Source of the DNA: Camelus dromedarius
Lineage: Eukaryota
Length of the DNA: 64,000 bases
Direction of reading: 5' to 3'
Assembly (NCBI RefSeq): GCF_036321535.1
Contig: NC_087436.1
Location: forward strand, 56,236,001-56,300,000
A model generated the notes under the pieces. It was not told the DNA's origin. It made no database searches and saw only the letters and a program-made list of their open reading frames with translations. Below are positions 53,506 to 64,000 of the stretch, one piece after another. A program made the position numbers and the translations under genes. The stretch's first letter is position 1. Each line of letters starts with the position of its first letter.

Positions 53506-55179
53506 CCTGGGGGGCTGCGAGTTAGTAAGGACATAATCTTGGTTTTGAGGAATTTAAACCTGGCCAGTGATGCTCAGAAGTTCTAATATTTCTCACCTTG
53601 GCAAATTTGCTTGGTAACTTTTTCTATTAACATACTACTTATGGCACTAAAATAGTTTGAATTACCGTTTTAAAAACTTAATCATAAGATCATCATTTTG
53701 ACTGTCGTCTGTTATTTGTAGCACATGAAAATTTAAAAGACCGGAAAAAATCAAAGCAGTTGGCGTTTATTGGGGAAATGAAGTTTTACATAGAGCTCCT
53801 GGCTTGTTCCTGAGATTTCCCAAATATAAACCCACTAAATAGGCTATGTTCAGGCATGTTATTGCGCAATTACGAGCCATATACTTAAGAATAACTTGGT
53901 CTTACTTAGTGCTGTATAAAACCAAGGAAAGCTCACTTTCCTTTTTAAAATATTCGGGCACGGGCTCTCATCTTTTATAACAGTTGGACATCAGCTGAAA
54001 AATATGGGCAAACCCCATCTCTAGTCTAAAGGATGACCTTGTGAAAATTAGAAAAAGTCATTCCTTCCTCAAGTCATTTAACCACCATCAGCCAGAGCAT
54101 TATTATATTGACAGTCCAGATCTGTAGCCAACACAGATGTGCATGGGCCACCAGAGCTGGTCAGTGCAAACCCTGCACATTGTCAGTCTTACCGACGGGA
54201 GGATGGAAACCAAATTTGAGTCTCAACACTTTTCTTGACTGTAAACTATCATTTCCCATCTATGGGACGGATTTTCCTCATCTGAAAAAGGCTGAACTAG
54301 ATAATCTCTTGAAAGGATGTTTTGAGCAATTATGACATGGCTTCCTAGCATAAGAAGCATTTCGCTATTTAGGAACAGCCTACTCTTGCTCTGGCTTTCA
54401 AACTGTTCATGCCTTCTCCTAAACTTTCTCGCCACAGTCAGACTTCTTCCAATCTCTATTCTCAAATAAGAATCAGGAAAGTCTCCTATTTGAATAGGAA
54501 AATAATTCTTTTAAAATATTTTATAATATTTTTAGATATTTAGATTAAAAAAAAAAAAGGCACTGCTCTGTGTTGGTTTCCCCTAGTTGAAGTTGCTGAG
54601 GCTACTGTAGCCAGTGGGGGCATGTCCTGCTCCCTTCCCCAAGCTCTACACCTGTCAGCCCACAGATTGTGACTTTGAAAGTTATCAATGGAGGTACGTT
54701 TTGTTCCAGAGAGTTCTTCCATGGCAAGACTGTTCCTCCCATTGCAGGACATTCAGCATCCATGGTCCTCATTAAATTCCACAAACAACCCCCTAATCAT
54801 TATGACAAACATTAGAAATGGCACCACCTCTGGTTGAGAAACCATTTTAGCATCTAGTTGCTCTCTGGCCCTGGAAATTTGCTTCTGAAACCTGCCACTG
54901 TATCTTTGCCAGAAGCCACAAAGGCCAGGAATAAACCTCTTTAAAAGGAGAAGGTGAAAGAGTATACAGTACTTAAGAGTGCATTGGTTGTGGCTTTTCA
55001 GAAAAACCGGGCTCCTTGTCTGTGTCATAACTAGGCAACCTGAAATTCAGATTTCCTATTCATTTTATTAAATAGTAGGCTGTGTCAACTCTACACATAA
55101 AATCTCTCAAGAGCCCAGTGTGCCTACAATGTGCATCATAGTGGTGTTGATGCAGTTGTCGTTTACTGATTGCTTTCAG

Positions 55180-55360
55180 TGTACCAGCACTTTACAAATC
55201 TCATTTATCCTTTCCACAGCTATATGGAAGTGAGTATTTATAATCCCTTACACAGATTAGAGAACTGATGCTTAGAGAAATGAAATAGTTTGACCAGGCT
55301 CTCATAGTGACAGGGCTAGGATTCAGACTAAAGTCCATGAGACTGAAAATCTCAGTTTCA
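55180..55360 (-). mobile_element. MIR fragment
   Basis: tctcatttatcctt...acagattagagaactgatgcttagaga. Confidence 0.65.
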
Positions 55361-56069
55361 CTGCCTTGGCCAACAGCCGAGGTGCTTTTTCAATCGACCT
55401 GACTTTAAAGTAGTAAGAGAGTTAACTGGAATCTCTAACTTAGGAACTAGGCTGCTGATAGTGACACTAAAAACAATTATTTTGCACTGTGTTCTGCCAG
55501 AGATGTGATTTTTCATTATCGCTAGGACCACTCTCAGCAGGATCACCTCATTAGCTGAAGAAAATGTCCCCTGTGGTTCCGTGAGAGACAGATCAGGTGG
55601 AGAAGTATGAAAACAAACTCTAGAAAGTGGTTCTGTGTTCCCCGTGTTTAGGGGATGGAGCAGTAATCCCCTTTTCTGATTCCCAGCTTCCTAAGTGGTG
55701 TTTTAGTTGTGTATTGCAGAAGTGTTTTGAAAAGGATGGAAAAAGTTTTACGGAGCTGCCTTCCAAAACTCTATCAGTGTTTCCATAACAGAGTAAATTG
55801 GGGTGTTGAACCATTGGTGAGTGTACTTAGTACTTACTTGTCTGTTTTAAATTTTCCCATGTTGGAAAATAACAGTTTGGCTAGATTACTCACTGTTGGC
55901 TACAAGGAATAACTAATAGTGAGGTGTTTTTTTTTTTTTAATTTTAAAATAACCTCAAATGCAACACTCTGTTAAGTATATTGATACACCTATTGATAGA
56001 TATCCCCCAGGCTATGTTTCATAGATACTATCCATAAAATCCTGTCACTTCACTCCCTTGCTTCTCCAT

Positions 56070-56625
56070 TATCTGTAGAGAAACCAAAGTGATCTTTTCA
56101 AAATTACATTCACTCACAGGATTTGCATTTTATTTAGAATAACATTGAATGCCTCCTCATGGACCGTCATGCCTGCGTGACCTGCCTGCTGCTCATCGCC
56201 CTGAGCCCACCTCCTCCCTCTCTCCTCTCACTCCCTACCCTCTAAGGGCTCTGGTTTCATGTCAGGACTTTTGCATCCACTGTCCCTCTTCAGGGAGCAT
56301 TGTTTCCTCTAGATCTTTACTTGCTTGATTCTTTCTCATTATACAAGCTTCAGTTTAAATTTCATTTCAACAGGAGATTCTTCCCTGATTCCCTAAGTTG
56401 GTCATTATTTTATCTCTATCACATTATATTCTTTTGTTTTACTTTCCAAAAGGACGCATTTGAAATGACCTTCATTATTTTGTTTATTTTCTGTTAAACA
56501 GGAATGAAAGCAGTGACTTTTCCCATCTCTTTTGTCATTGTACCCCTACGCCTAGAATAGAACCCAGGGGTAATAGGGTTCAGGAGTACTTCTTAGGTGA
56601 ATGAATGAATGGATGAATGAATGGA
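56070..56625 (+). mobile_element. L2 3' fragment
   Basis: Ends cctagaatagaacc...gtgaatgaatgaatggatgaatgaat. Confidence 0.7.
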
Positions 56626-58676
56626 TTCCAGTTCTGTGCCTGAGAATAATAAGTCTCAGATGAATACCATAAGGCACAGAAGTATTTATTGAGTGGTCCA
56701 GATGTACATAAACATGGGAAAGTAGAGATTAAACATGAAAACATTATCAGCTTCCTCTTTATTATTCCTTGGTCTGTCTGTCAAGAATAGGAACTCTGCT
56801 GGGAAGTGGAGATGAAAGCCAGGGAAGACCCAGAACTGCTTTACAGGGTGAAGTTTCGGCCCGTGCTGTGTCTCTGGAGACAGGCTTCTCCCTTTGTCAG
56901 TTCCAGCTCTTCTTCTTCCTCCTACAGGCCCACTCTGATTCTTACCAAAATTTTCAGGGTGAACATCAGACCATCCCTAAATCCTCATTTCTAGGCCCTC
57001 CCTCCTTCAAAAAAATAAATCTTTGACATCCCTCTATTTAACATCATCCCTACAACAGTGACATCAATTATCTGGTCTCCTGTGCTAGCAGTGAAATTAT
57101 ATTGTCTTAAGTCTTTGGGTTTCAAAAATAAATAACCTTTTTTTCTTGTGCTTGTATATGTCCCAGATGTCCTTTTATTGAGTTCACAGAATACAAATGG
57201 AAAAAGGTTATTACCAGACAGAAGTGTTTAAAAATGAAAATCAAACCTAATACATGGACTCAGACAACTGGAATAAGGAATATAATATTTATAAAACTGA
57301 GTAGGAGGTTGCAATCATTGCTCTAAAATAAAGCATTAAAAATTAATTCAGAGCAAACCTGTCTGTGCTATAGCAAACCTCTCTTTCATTAAGGTAGCAC
57401 TGCATGTTTCTCTAGAATTAGTTCCCTCAAAATAGGTAAATAGCTTTTAAGAACTGTGTGTTCTACAAAGTACAAAAGATCTACCTGAGGCATGATTTAG
57501 AGTTACCTTTAGTATCATTACAGACCTTTAATTCTGAAACAATTAACAGTTGCAGTTTCTCTACATTTTTTGCTCTTGAGTATTACTAGGAAAGTTTAAC
57601 TCACGCAGTTCTTACTCATCTTCATTTGATTAATCCAGATGGTGCTGTTATCATTTGATTAATTCATGTGTTGTAGAATATTAAATATTAGGAAACGGTG
57701 GGTGCTACTTATGTCATACTTGAAATTCTTCCCTAGATTTTCATTTCAAAAAATTTACGTTCCACATTTTTTAAATGTTTTCTGCCGATTTTTTACTTCA
57801 CATTTATTGCTATTTTTTTTTTTTGTTATTGTCATCATCAGTCATTCTCATCATTATGTTTCCTACCTTGGAATACACTAAAAAGAAAGGAAAATAAAAC
57901 TGCTGGTGTTATTTCTGCATTTACTATTGGGATGAGCTTTTTATTTTGCCCGATTTACACTATTCCTCTGAGGCCCTAAAATAAATAACCTTATAACCTC
58001 TAGGTGCTATTGATTTTTGAATGATTTCAAATAAAAAGCATCCAGTTTCCATTGCATTGACAAACTGCTTGGTCCCTGGGCAAAACCTATTGGATTCCTG
58101 TTAAATGGAGAGGCAAAAAACAAACAAAAATCCAAAAAGTAGATGTGAGACGGAGGGAGGAGAGGTGGTCTTGCTCAGCTCAGTAAATGGGTGTTTAACC
58201 TTTGACCAATGACGACAGGTCTTCTTTGGTTCTGTTAGACTGAGAGCAAGCTGTTATGATTAAATAAAAGAGAAAAAAACTGTTTAGAGCCTTACTGAAT
58301 GTGTCCTGGGAATTAAAGCATATGGCAGGGATAAGGAAAAAAGATTTTCCTTATGCTAATGACCCTTGATGTCTGAAATAAATTAGATCCATTAGAGTTT
58401 ATGCTCAATAAAAGAAAGACTTTAAGCACTCCAAAGTTAGTGACTCGAGACCAGTTTTTGCTCTGAAATTCAATCTGCCTACTTATTAATTCTTAGTGAG
58501 GCTCCAGAGCAGACAGGAGATTCAGAATCATAATTCTGTACTGAACCAGAATTTTAAAGGACCTAGGTTTCTTCTCCTTTTATTTTAATTAAACCATTTT
58601 TCATGCTTCTTGTTTTGTTTCCCTCATTAATTTGATTCTGTTCCCATTTTTGTTTCATTTTTTGTTTCTTTTCAAG

Positions 58677-58733
58677 GTTTCATTTATCCTATTTCAACTG
58701 AACAGAGAACCCAGAATGAATATGGATTTTCTT
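58677..58733 (+). CDS. UNC5C: UNC5C alternative 57-nt cassette exon adding 19 aa to the extracellular stalk
   Basis: Long pyrimidine tract, caag| acceptor, T|gtaagt donor; phase 1-1 and stop-free, (S)FIYPISTEQRTQNEYGFS(S); resembles the insert of the long UNC5C isoform as recalled. Confidence 0.9.
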
Positions 58734-59849
58734 GTAAGTTTGATGTTTGGTTTTTATGTTGCTGAATAATCATTTAACGTTATTGCCCCCAGTTCAAGTT
58801 TACCTTTCTTTGCATCACAGATGTACACGCAGGAAAAAGGCACCTAATATATTCTAACATGAAAAACAAATTAGATTTTCACTGCTGAAGAGAAGAAAGG
58901 GTTATTTCAAGTCTCTGCCAGCTTTAAAATCTATCAGTTTACTGTTCAAAGCTTGAGTCCCAGTAGCTGACAAAACACTTCATGAAATATGCTGACCTAA
59001 ATAAAGGGCAGAGTTCAAATGCTAAAAAGTAAAGGATTGAGAAAATGCACATCTATTGAATTAGAAATCATGAATGTTGTGTAAGTAATTACAGCCTGGT
59101 AAAGTAAAGCATTAAGGATTTAGATACAGTATTCTGATCAGAGTTCAGAATGCAGCTGTAGGGCCTCAAATAAAACCCAGTGGCAAAGTGAAGTCAGCAC
59201 TTTGAAAGCAGTGCTTACATAACCAGAGGGTTTGGTATGGCACTGGTTTTCCAAAAAGATCTGTCAATGTTGACTTGATTGGTGTGAAAACAGATATTCT
59301 GGAAACTTTGAGAAAGACAATCATTTAAAAAGAAAAAAGATTCTTTCACATATAGTACATTTAAACACAAAATACTAAAAGAGATGAAGGGATTTCCCAT
59401 AGGGAATTCTTTTGTACTGTCGCTGTATTGAAGGTACACGACTTGAGAGCATGGGTGATCACATGGGCTGCTGGCAAGCCAAGGGATGCATCATTGCACC
59501 AGAAAAATCATATGGCTGTGAGTCTTAAGAGAAAGTAGTGGCTCCTCAACTCTTGGGAGGTCATCATGGGACCTACAAATCTGAAAATTCTTTCCCTACA
59601 AAATGTACACGTATGAAGTTGAGCATAAAAAAGCTGTTCTTGACCATCTGAAGTATCAGTTTAATCACCTTTTACGGTGAGCAGAACAGCTTTGGTTAAC
59701 TTTGCTGACAATTTTTGTCCATTACAGAAAACTAAACCCAGAGACTTAAAGATGTCTGTGGGATTCAGGAAAGATTTAATTGTGTTAGTTTGTTTTGTTT
59801 TAATTGTCAGCTTCTATTATCATTTGCCATTGGATTAAAACCTGTTTGA

Positions 59850-60003
59850 GGGGAGGGTATAGCTCAAGAGGTAGAGCTCATGCTTAGCATGCATGACATC
59901 TTAGATTCAATCCCCAGTACCTCCATTAAAAAAAATTAATAAAATAAACCTAATTACTTCCCCCTAAAAAAACCAAAAAAAAAAAAAAAAAAAAAAAAAA
60001 AAA
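59850..60003 (+). mobile_element. tRNA-Ala-derived SINE (vic-1-like)
   Basis: ggggagggtatagctcaagaggtagagctcatgcttagcatgc...ttcaatccccagtacctcca with A/B boxes; poly-A tail; flanks aaaacctgtt/aaagcatgtt. Confidence 0.88.
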
Positions 60004-60929
60004 GCATGTTCTATGCCACTAAGGCAACGTACAACTTTTACAGGAATTTTCTTCTTGCTTTACCCAGAGACAGCCCTCCCCAGCTGACCTCGCACTGCAT
60101 TAATCAAATGCTTAATTGCCTTTTGGGGGTAGTCTGACCTTTCTGATCATTGAACCAGGCCTTTATCTTACTCAGTACACCATAGAGCTATTTTTTTTAT
60201 TCCAGTAATGAGTAGCTCAAGTGTAAATCTCTGACAAGAAACCGTGAGAAGCTCAGGGTTCTCAGAGGTAATACTGAATCTGTAGCAAAAGCCTGGCGTT
60301 ATCAGCATTAACCTCTGCTCCCCAGATCTGAGTCTTCTGAAAGTACACCTTTCAAACTCAACATGTTTGCTCCCAATGTTTGTTTGCTTGGTTCCGCCAT
60401 TCCCACCCACCCCTTCACTGATTTAGGGGAAAGTGAGAAGAGTGCTCTGGAAAGTAATTTTGTGACTTGGAGTGATACTTAGAAAAATATTCTGGTTCAA
60501 TAAATACACAGAGTCAGAACCTGCCAGGTATTTCTAACAGAGTGTTTATGTTTATCTTTTTAAAGAACTGTCAGTGAATTCATAGCTGCCTCCCAAACTT
60601 TTCCACCTGAAATTAGTAATAAACTTTTTTTCCTTGTGGGTTGGGATGGTTTTAGCTCCAGTTTCTTTTTATGCCTTGTAATAAGTGGTCTGTTATGGTG
60701 CCCAATTTAAGACAGATTAGTGACTAGATAGATGCAGAGTGAGAAAGGAAAAGAAATCAGAGATAATTTTCCACTGAAAGGCCACAGTTGCTTTATATAG
60801 CTTTTGAAATAGATTTGAAATTAACCTATAAAAAAGGCAATAAATGTCTGAAAAAATTATAGCAATACATATGTGTACTGTGGGAAATTTCTCTAACCAG
60901 TTAATCCAATGTCTCCTCCTTCCCTTTAG

Positions 60930-61121
60930 CTGCTCCTGATTCAGATGATGTTGCTCTGTATGTTGGCATTGTGATAGCTGTGATAGTTTGCCTGGCCATT
61001 TCTGTAGTTGTGGCTCTCTTTGTGTATCGGAAAAATCATCGTGACTTTGAGTCTGACATCATTGACTCTTCCGCACTCAACGGAGGCTTTCAGCCTGTGA
61101 ACATCAAGGCAGCAAGGCAAG
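60930..61121 (+). CDS. UNC5C: UNC5C exon 8 equivalent, transmembrane helix and DIID caspase-type motif; 192 nt
   Basis: (T)[63 protein letters not shown]; acceptor ccctttag|, donor AAG|gtcagt. Confidence 0.97.
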
Positions 61122-61779
61122 GTCAGTTGACACTGCCCTTCACACTTGGACTTATGCATATAAGCAGCCTCCTTATGTGTCTTCAGAATCAATGAAAACA
61201 CCCAGTTCAGCTGGACTGTAAGTTCCATGAAGGCAGGGATTTTGGTCTATTTTGTTGGTTACTTGTTAACTTCATTCACATAACAAATTAAAGTTGACAG
61301 GGTGCATAAGTCGTTTTTTCCTTCTCTAACAGGTTTCTCAAGTCATACTTTTTAAGTACACAGATTGGTTGATTGATCTCTTGAGTCTTTTTCCTTTTGA
61401 CAAGGCATCTTGTATTGCTATGAATACAGTGGTCTACAGATGAACCCCAAACCAGTATAGACAAGAGAAATTATTACCTATAGTCACCTAATAAGGATCC
61501 CCATCTATGAATACAGTCTGTTGAAATAGCTAAATACCTTAGAAGCAATGAATAGATTTCAAGGCAGAATATAGAATGAACATATCTATTTATTTGTGGC
61601 CAATAATAGAACAGATCCTAGCTCTCTAGTTGCCTTGTGTTCAGCAGTGTTAGTCTGTCCAGCTGTAATATGTGTTGAGTTGCTTTGCTGTTGGTTCAGA
61701 AAGTGTCAGGGGAAGTCTGACTAATGTAAGTTGCCTGAATGAAGAACGCAACTGGACGTCCTTTCTCTTTCTGACTCAG

Positions 61780-62124
61780 ATCTCCTGGCGGTACCCCCAG
61801 ACCTCACATCAGCTGCAGCCATGTACAGAGGACCTGTCTATGCCTTGCATGATGTCTCGGACAAAATCCCAATGACCAACTCTCCAATCCTGGATCCACT
61901 GCCTAACCTGAAAATCAAAGTGTACAATACCTCAGGTGCTGTCACACCCCAGGATGACCTCTGTGAGTTTGCATCAAAGCTGTCCCCTCAGATGACCCAA
62001 TCCTTGTTGGAGAATGAGGCCCTCAACCTGAAGAATCAGAGTCTAGCAAGGCAGACAGACCCATCCTGCACTGCGTTTGGCACCTTCAACTCCCTTGGGG
62101 GTCACCTTATTGTTCCCAATTCAG
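61780..62124 (+). CDS. UNC5C: UNC5C exon 9 equivalent, cytoplasmic linker and start of ZU5; 345 nt
   Basis: (D)[49 protein letters not shown]...[17 protein letters not shown]; acceptor actcag|, donor CAG|gtaatt. Confidence 0.97.
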
Positions 62125-63599
62125 GTAATTCCTAAAGGTTTTTACATTGCAGAGATAGAGCTTGAAAACATATTCTTGTACCAAAATCTTTTTTGTTTGT
62201 CTTCATTAGGCCTGAAAAGTTAAATGTAGCCTATCTAAACCAAATCTACTTTCGATGTAAACTAAACATTACTGCAGACAAAATCAGCAAAACCACTTAT
62301 CTTCTTCCAGCCAACTCTGAGAATACTTCCTCTAGAAATATTATACTCACAACTTTCTGCCAAGGCATTGTTTAGAACTGCCATTGACTTTCCTTTTAAT
62401 AGGACTTCAGAAGGCAACATTAAGACACAAGCCCTCACTGTTGTCATCACACTTTAAAAGAACAAATTAATTAGAAAACATATCAGCTGGTTCAGTTCCA
62501 ACTCCTACAGGAAGCAATACTTCAGAATACTAATCTTTAGATGATCAGAGGACATAACGGACACCCAGTCTTCACTTATTAATTTAACTCTTTATTACAG
62601 TCTTCAGTCTCAAGGTATTTATAAGGTACTCACTCCTACTTCTGATATATCTATCCAGAATCACAACTTCACCAGGTTTCTTTTGTATTATTACTCAGTT
62701 TTCAGTTTATTTAGTTGTCTGCTTCTAGAGAATAAGCCCCATAAAGCTCTTAAATAGTGAACGTGAATAGTGAAGTTAGTGACAGTGTTTAAAGTTTGGT
62801 ATTCATTAATAGTAGTTATGGGTTTGGAACTCAGTTATAAGAGGGTTAATCGATTCCTCTGTAACATACGGTAGCTCTTTAGGACAAGACAGAGTGTTTT
62901 GTAGGTACAGCAAAAAGAAACAATCTGCTTGAACCAAGGTCTTCATGTGGCATAAGATGAGAATGTAATGTGTAAACAGCCATAAAGCCAAGTAATATAC
63001 AGAACTAGTTGGTCTTCAGGTCTGAATATGAACTTGTCTTTGATTCTTGCTCTCACAATTTTTCACCTCATACCTTTAAAAGTACATTTTAATAAACTGA
63101 GATATTTAATGGAATATCATTTTTCCTTTTTAAAAATATATTTTACATAGCTGAGATTATACATTATATAAAATGCTTTTATTCAACTTATTCTCATGCT
63201 ATTGCATGCTCTTTAAAATCATGATTTTAAATACATTTTAAGTCTATAAAATTAATAGATGAAAATGTACTCTATTCTTTCATTGTTTAAACATTATATT
63301 ATTCCCAAGACATTTTTATTCATAATATTCACTGGATTCTACCTCTCCTTTCCATTTCTACACCTGTCGCTTTTTCACATATGAATTACTATAAAGGCTT
63401 CTAAGTGGAAAGGAGGGAGCTAGCATGTTTTAACTACTTTATCCTCGGGAACAGTGACTTACATGCATTACTTTATTTAATAGAGTAACAGTAGTTACCT
63501 AATATATGTCATGCCTTATTCTTGTTACTTTACATGCATAATTCTGTTTCATCCCCATAACAGACAGAAAAGAACATTTGATTGTTCCCACTGGGAAAA

Positions 63600-64000
63600 A
63601 TAAAAATACCGAGGCTTGGGCGCCTCATGTGTGGTCTTCCTGCTTCCACTCTGTGCCTCACCAACCACCCTGACTCGAGCGTGACCTTCACTCCCCTGGC
63701 ACCACAGCACACATGTCGGCTTCCTTCTCAAGAAGGCCATGCCTCAACCTTTTCAACCAGTTACACAAAGGCTTTGAGTACTTATTCCCCTTCAACCCTC
63801 CATTCTTTACTCTTGAGGCTTTCCAGCGTGGCTGGTCACGTTTCCTTATTGCCCTGTGCTCATTTGGCATACTCCCCTTCCTTGCTAAGTAAATTATAAG
63901 CTACTCAAAGACGAGAACATTATCTTTTACTTCTGGCGTTCACAGTATGCCAAGCACCTGTACTCACAATCATGTATGTACATTTTTATTGAGTTGAAAT
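63600..64000 (+). mobile_element. Degraded L2 3' fragment
   Basis: Pyrimidine-rich L2-like text ending cacagtatgccaagcacctgtactca. Confidence 0.5.

Noticed and set aside
59850..59926. tRNA-Ala gene
   Set aside because: It is a SINE head: diverged stems, SINE body, poly-A tail and flanking direct repeats

Overview
This is AT-rich mammalian genomic DNA, probably camelid judging by the tRNA-Ala-derived vic-1-like SINEs. It lies entirely inside the netrin receptor gene UNC5C on the + strand. It holds five constitutive coding exons (exons 5-9 by recalled human numbering: Ig2 end, TSP1-1, TSP1-2, transmembrane, juxtamembrane/ZU5 start). It also holds a 57-nt in-frame cassette exon (58677-58733) that the ORF track misses. 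The introns are rich in transposons: a full-length but dead 6.9-kb L1, an internally deleted L1, a 5'-inverted L1, several truncated L1s, four solo LTRs, long L2 remnants, MIRs and hAT MITEs. I found no convincing new biological system. The best leads are (1) a YCAY cluster and long AG-free zone before the cassette exon, (2) an ORF0-like antisense ORF with a consensus splice donor in the L1 5'UTR pointing into UNC5C, (3) a possibly spliced L1 insertion, and (4) an inverted L1 pair bracketing exons 5-7. Repeat family names and protein comparisons come from memory, not database searches.
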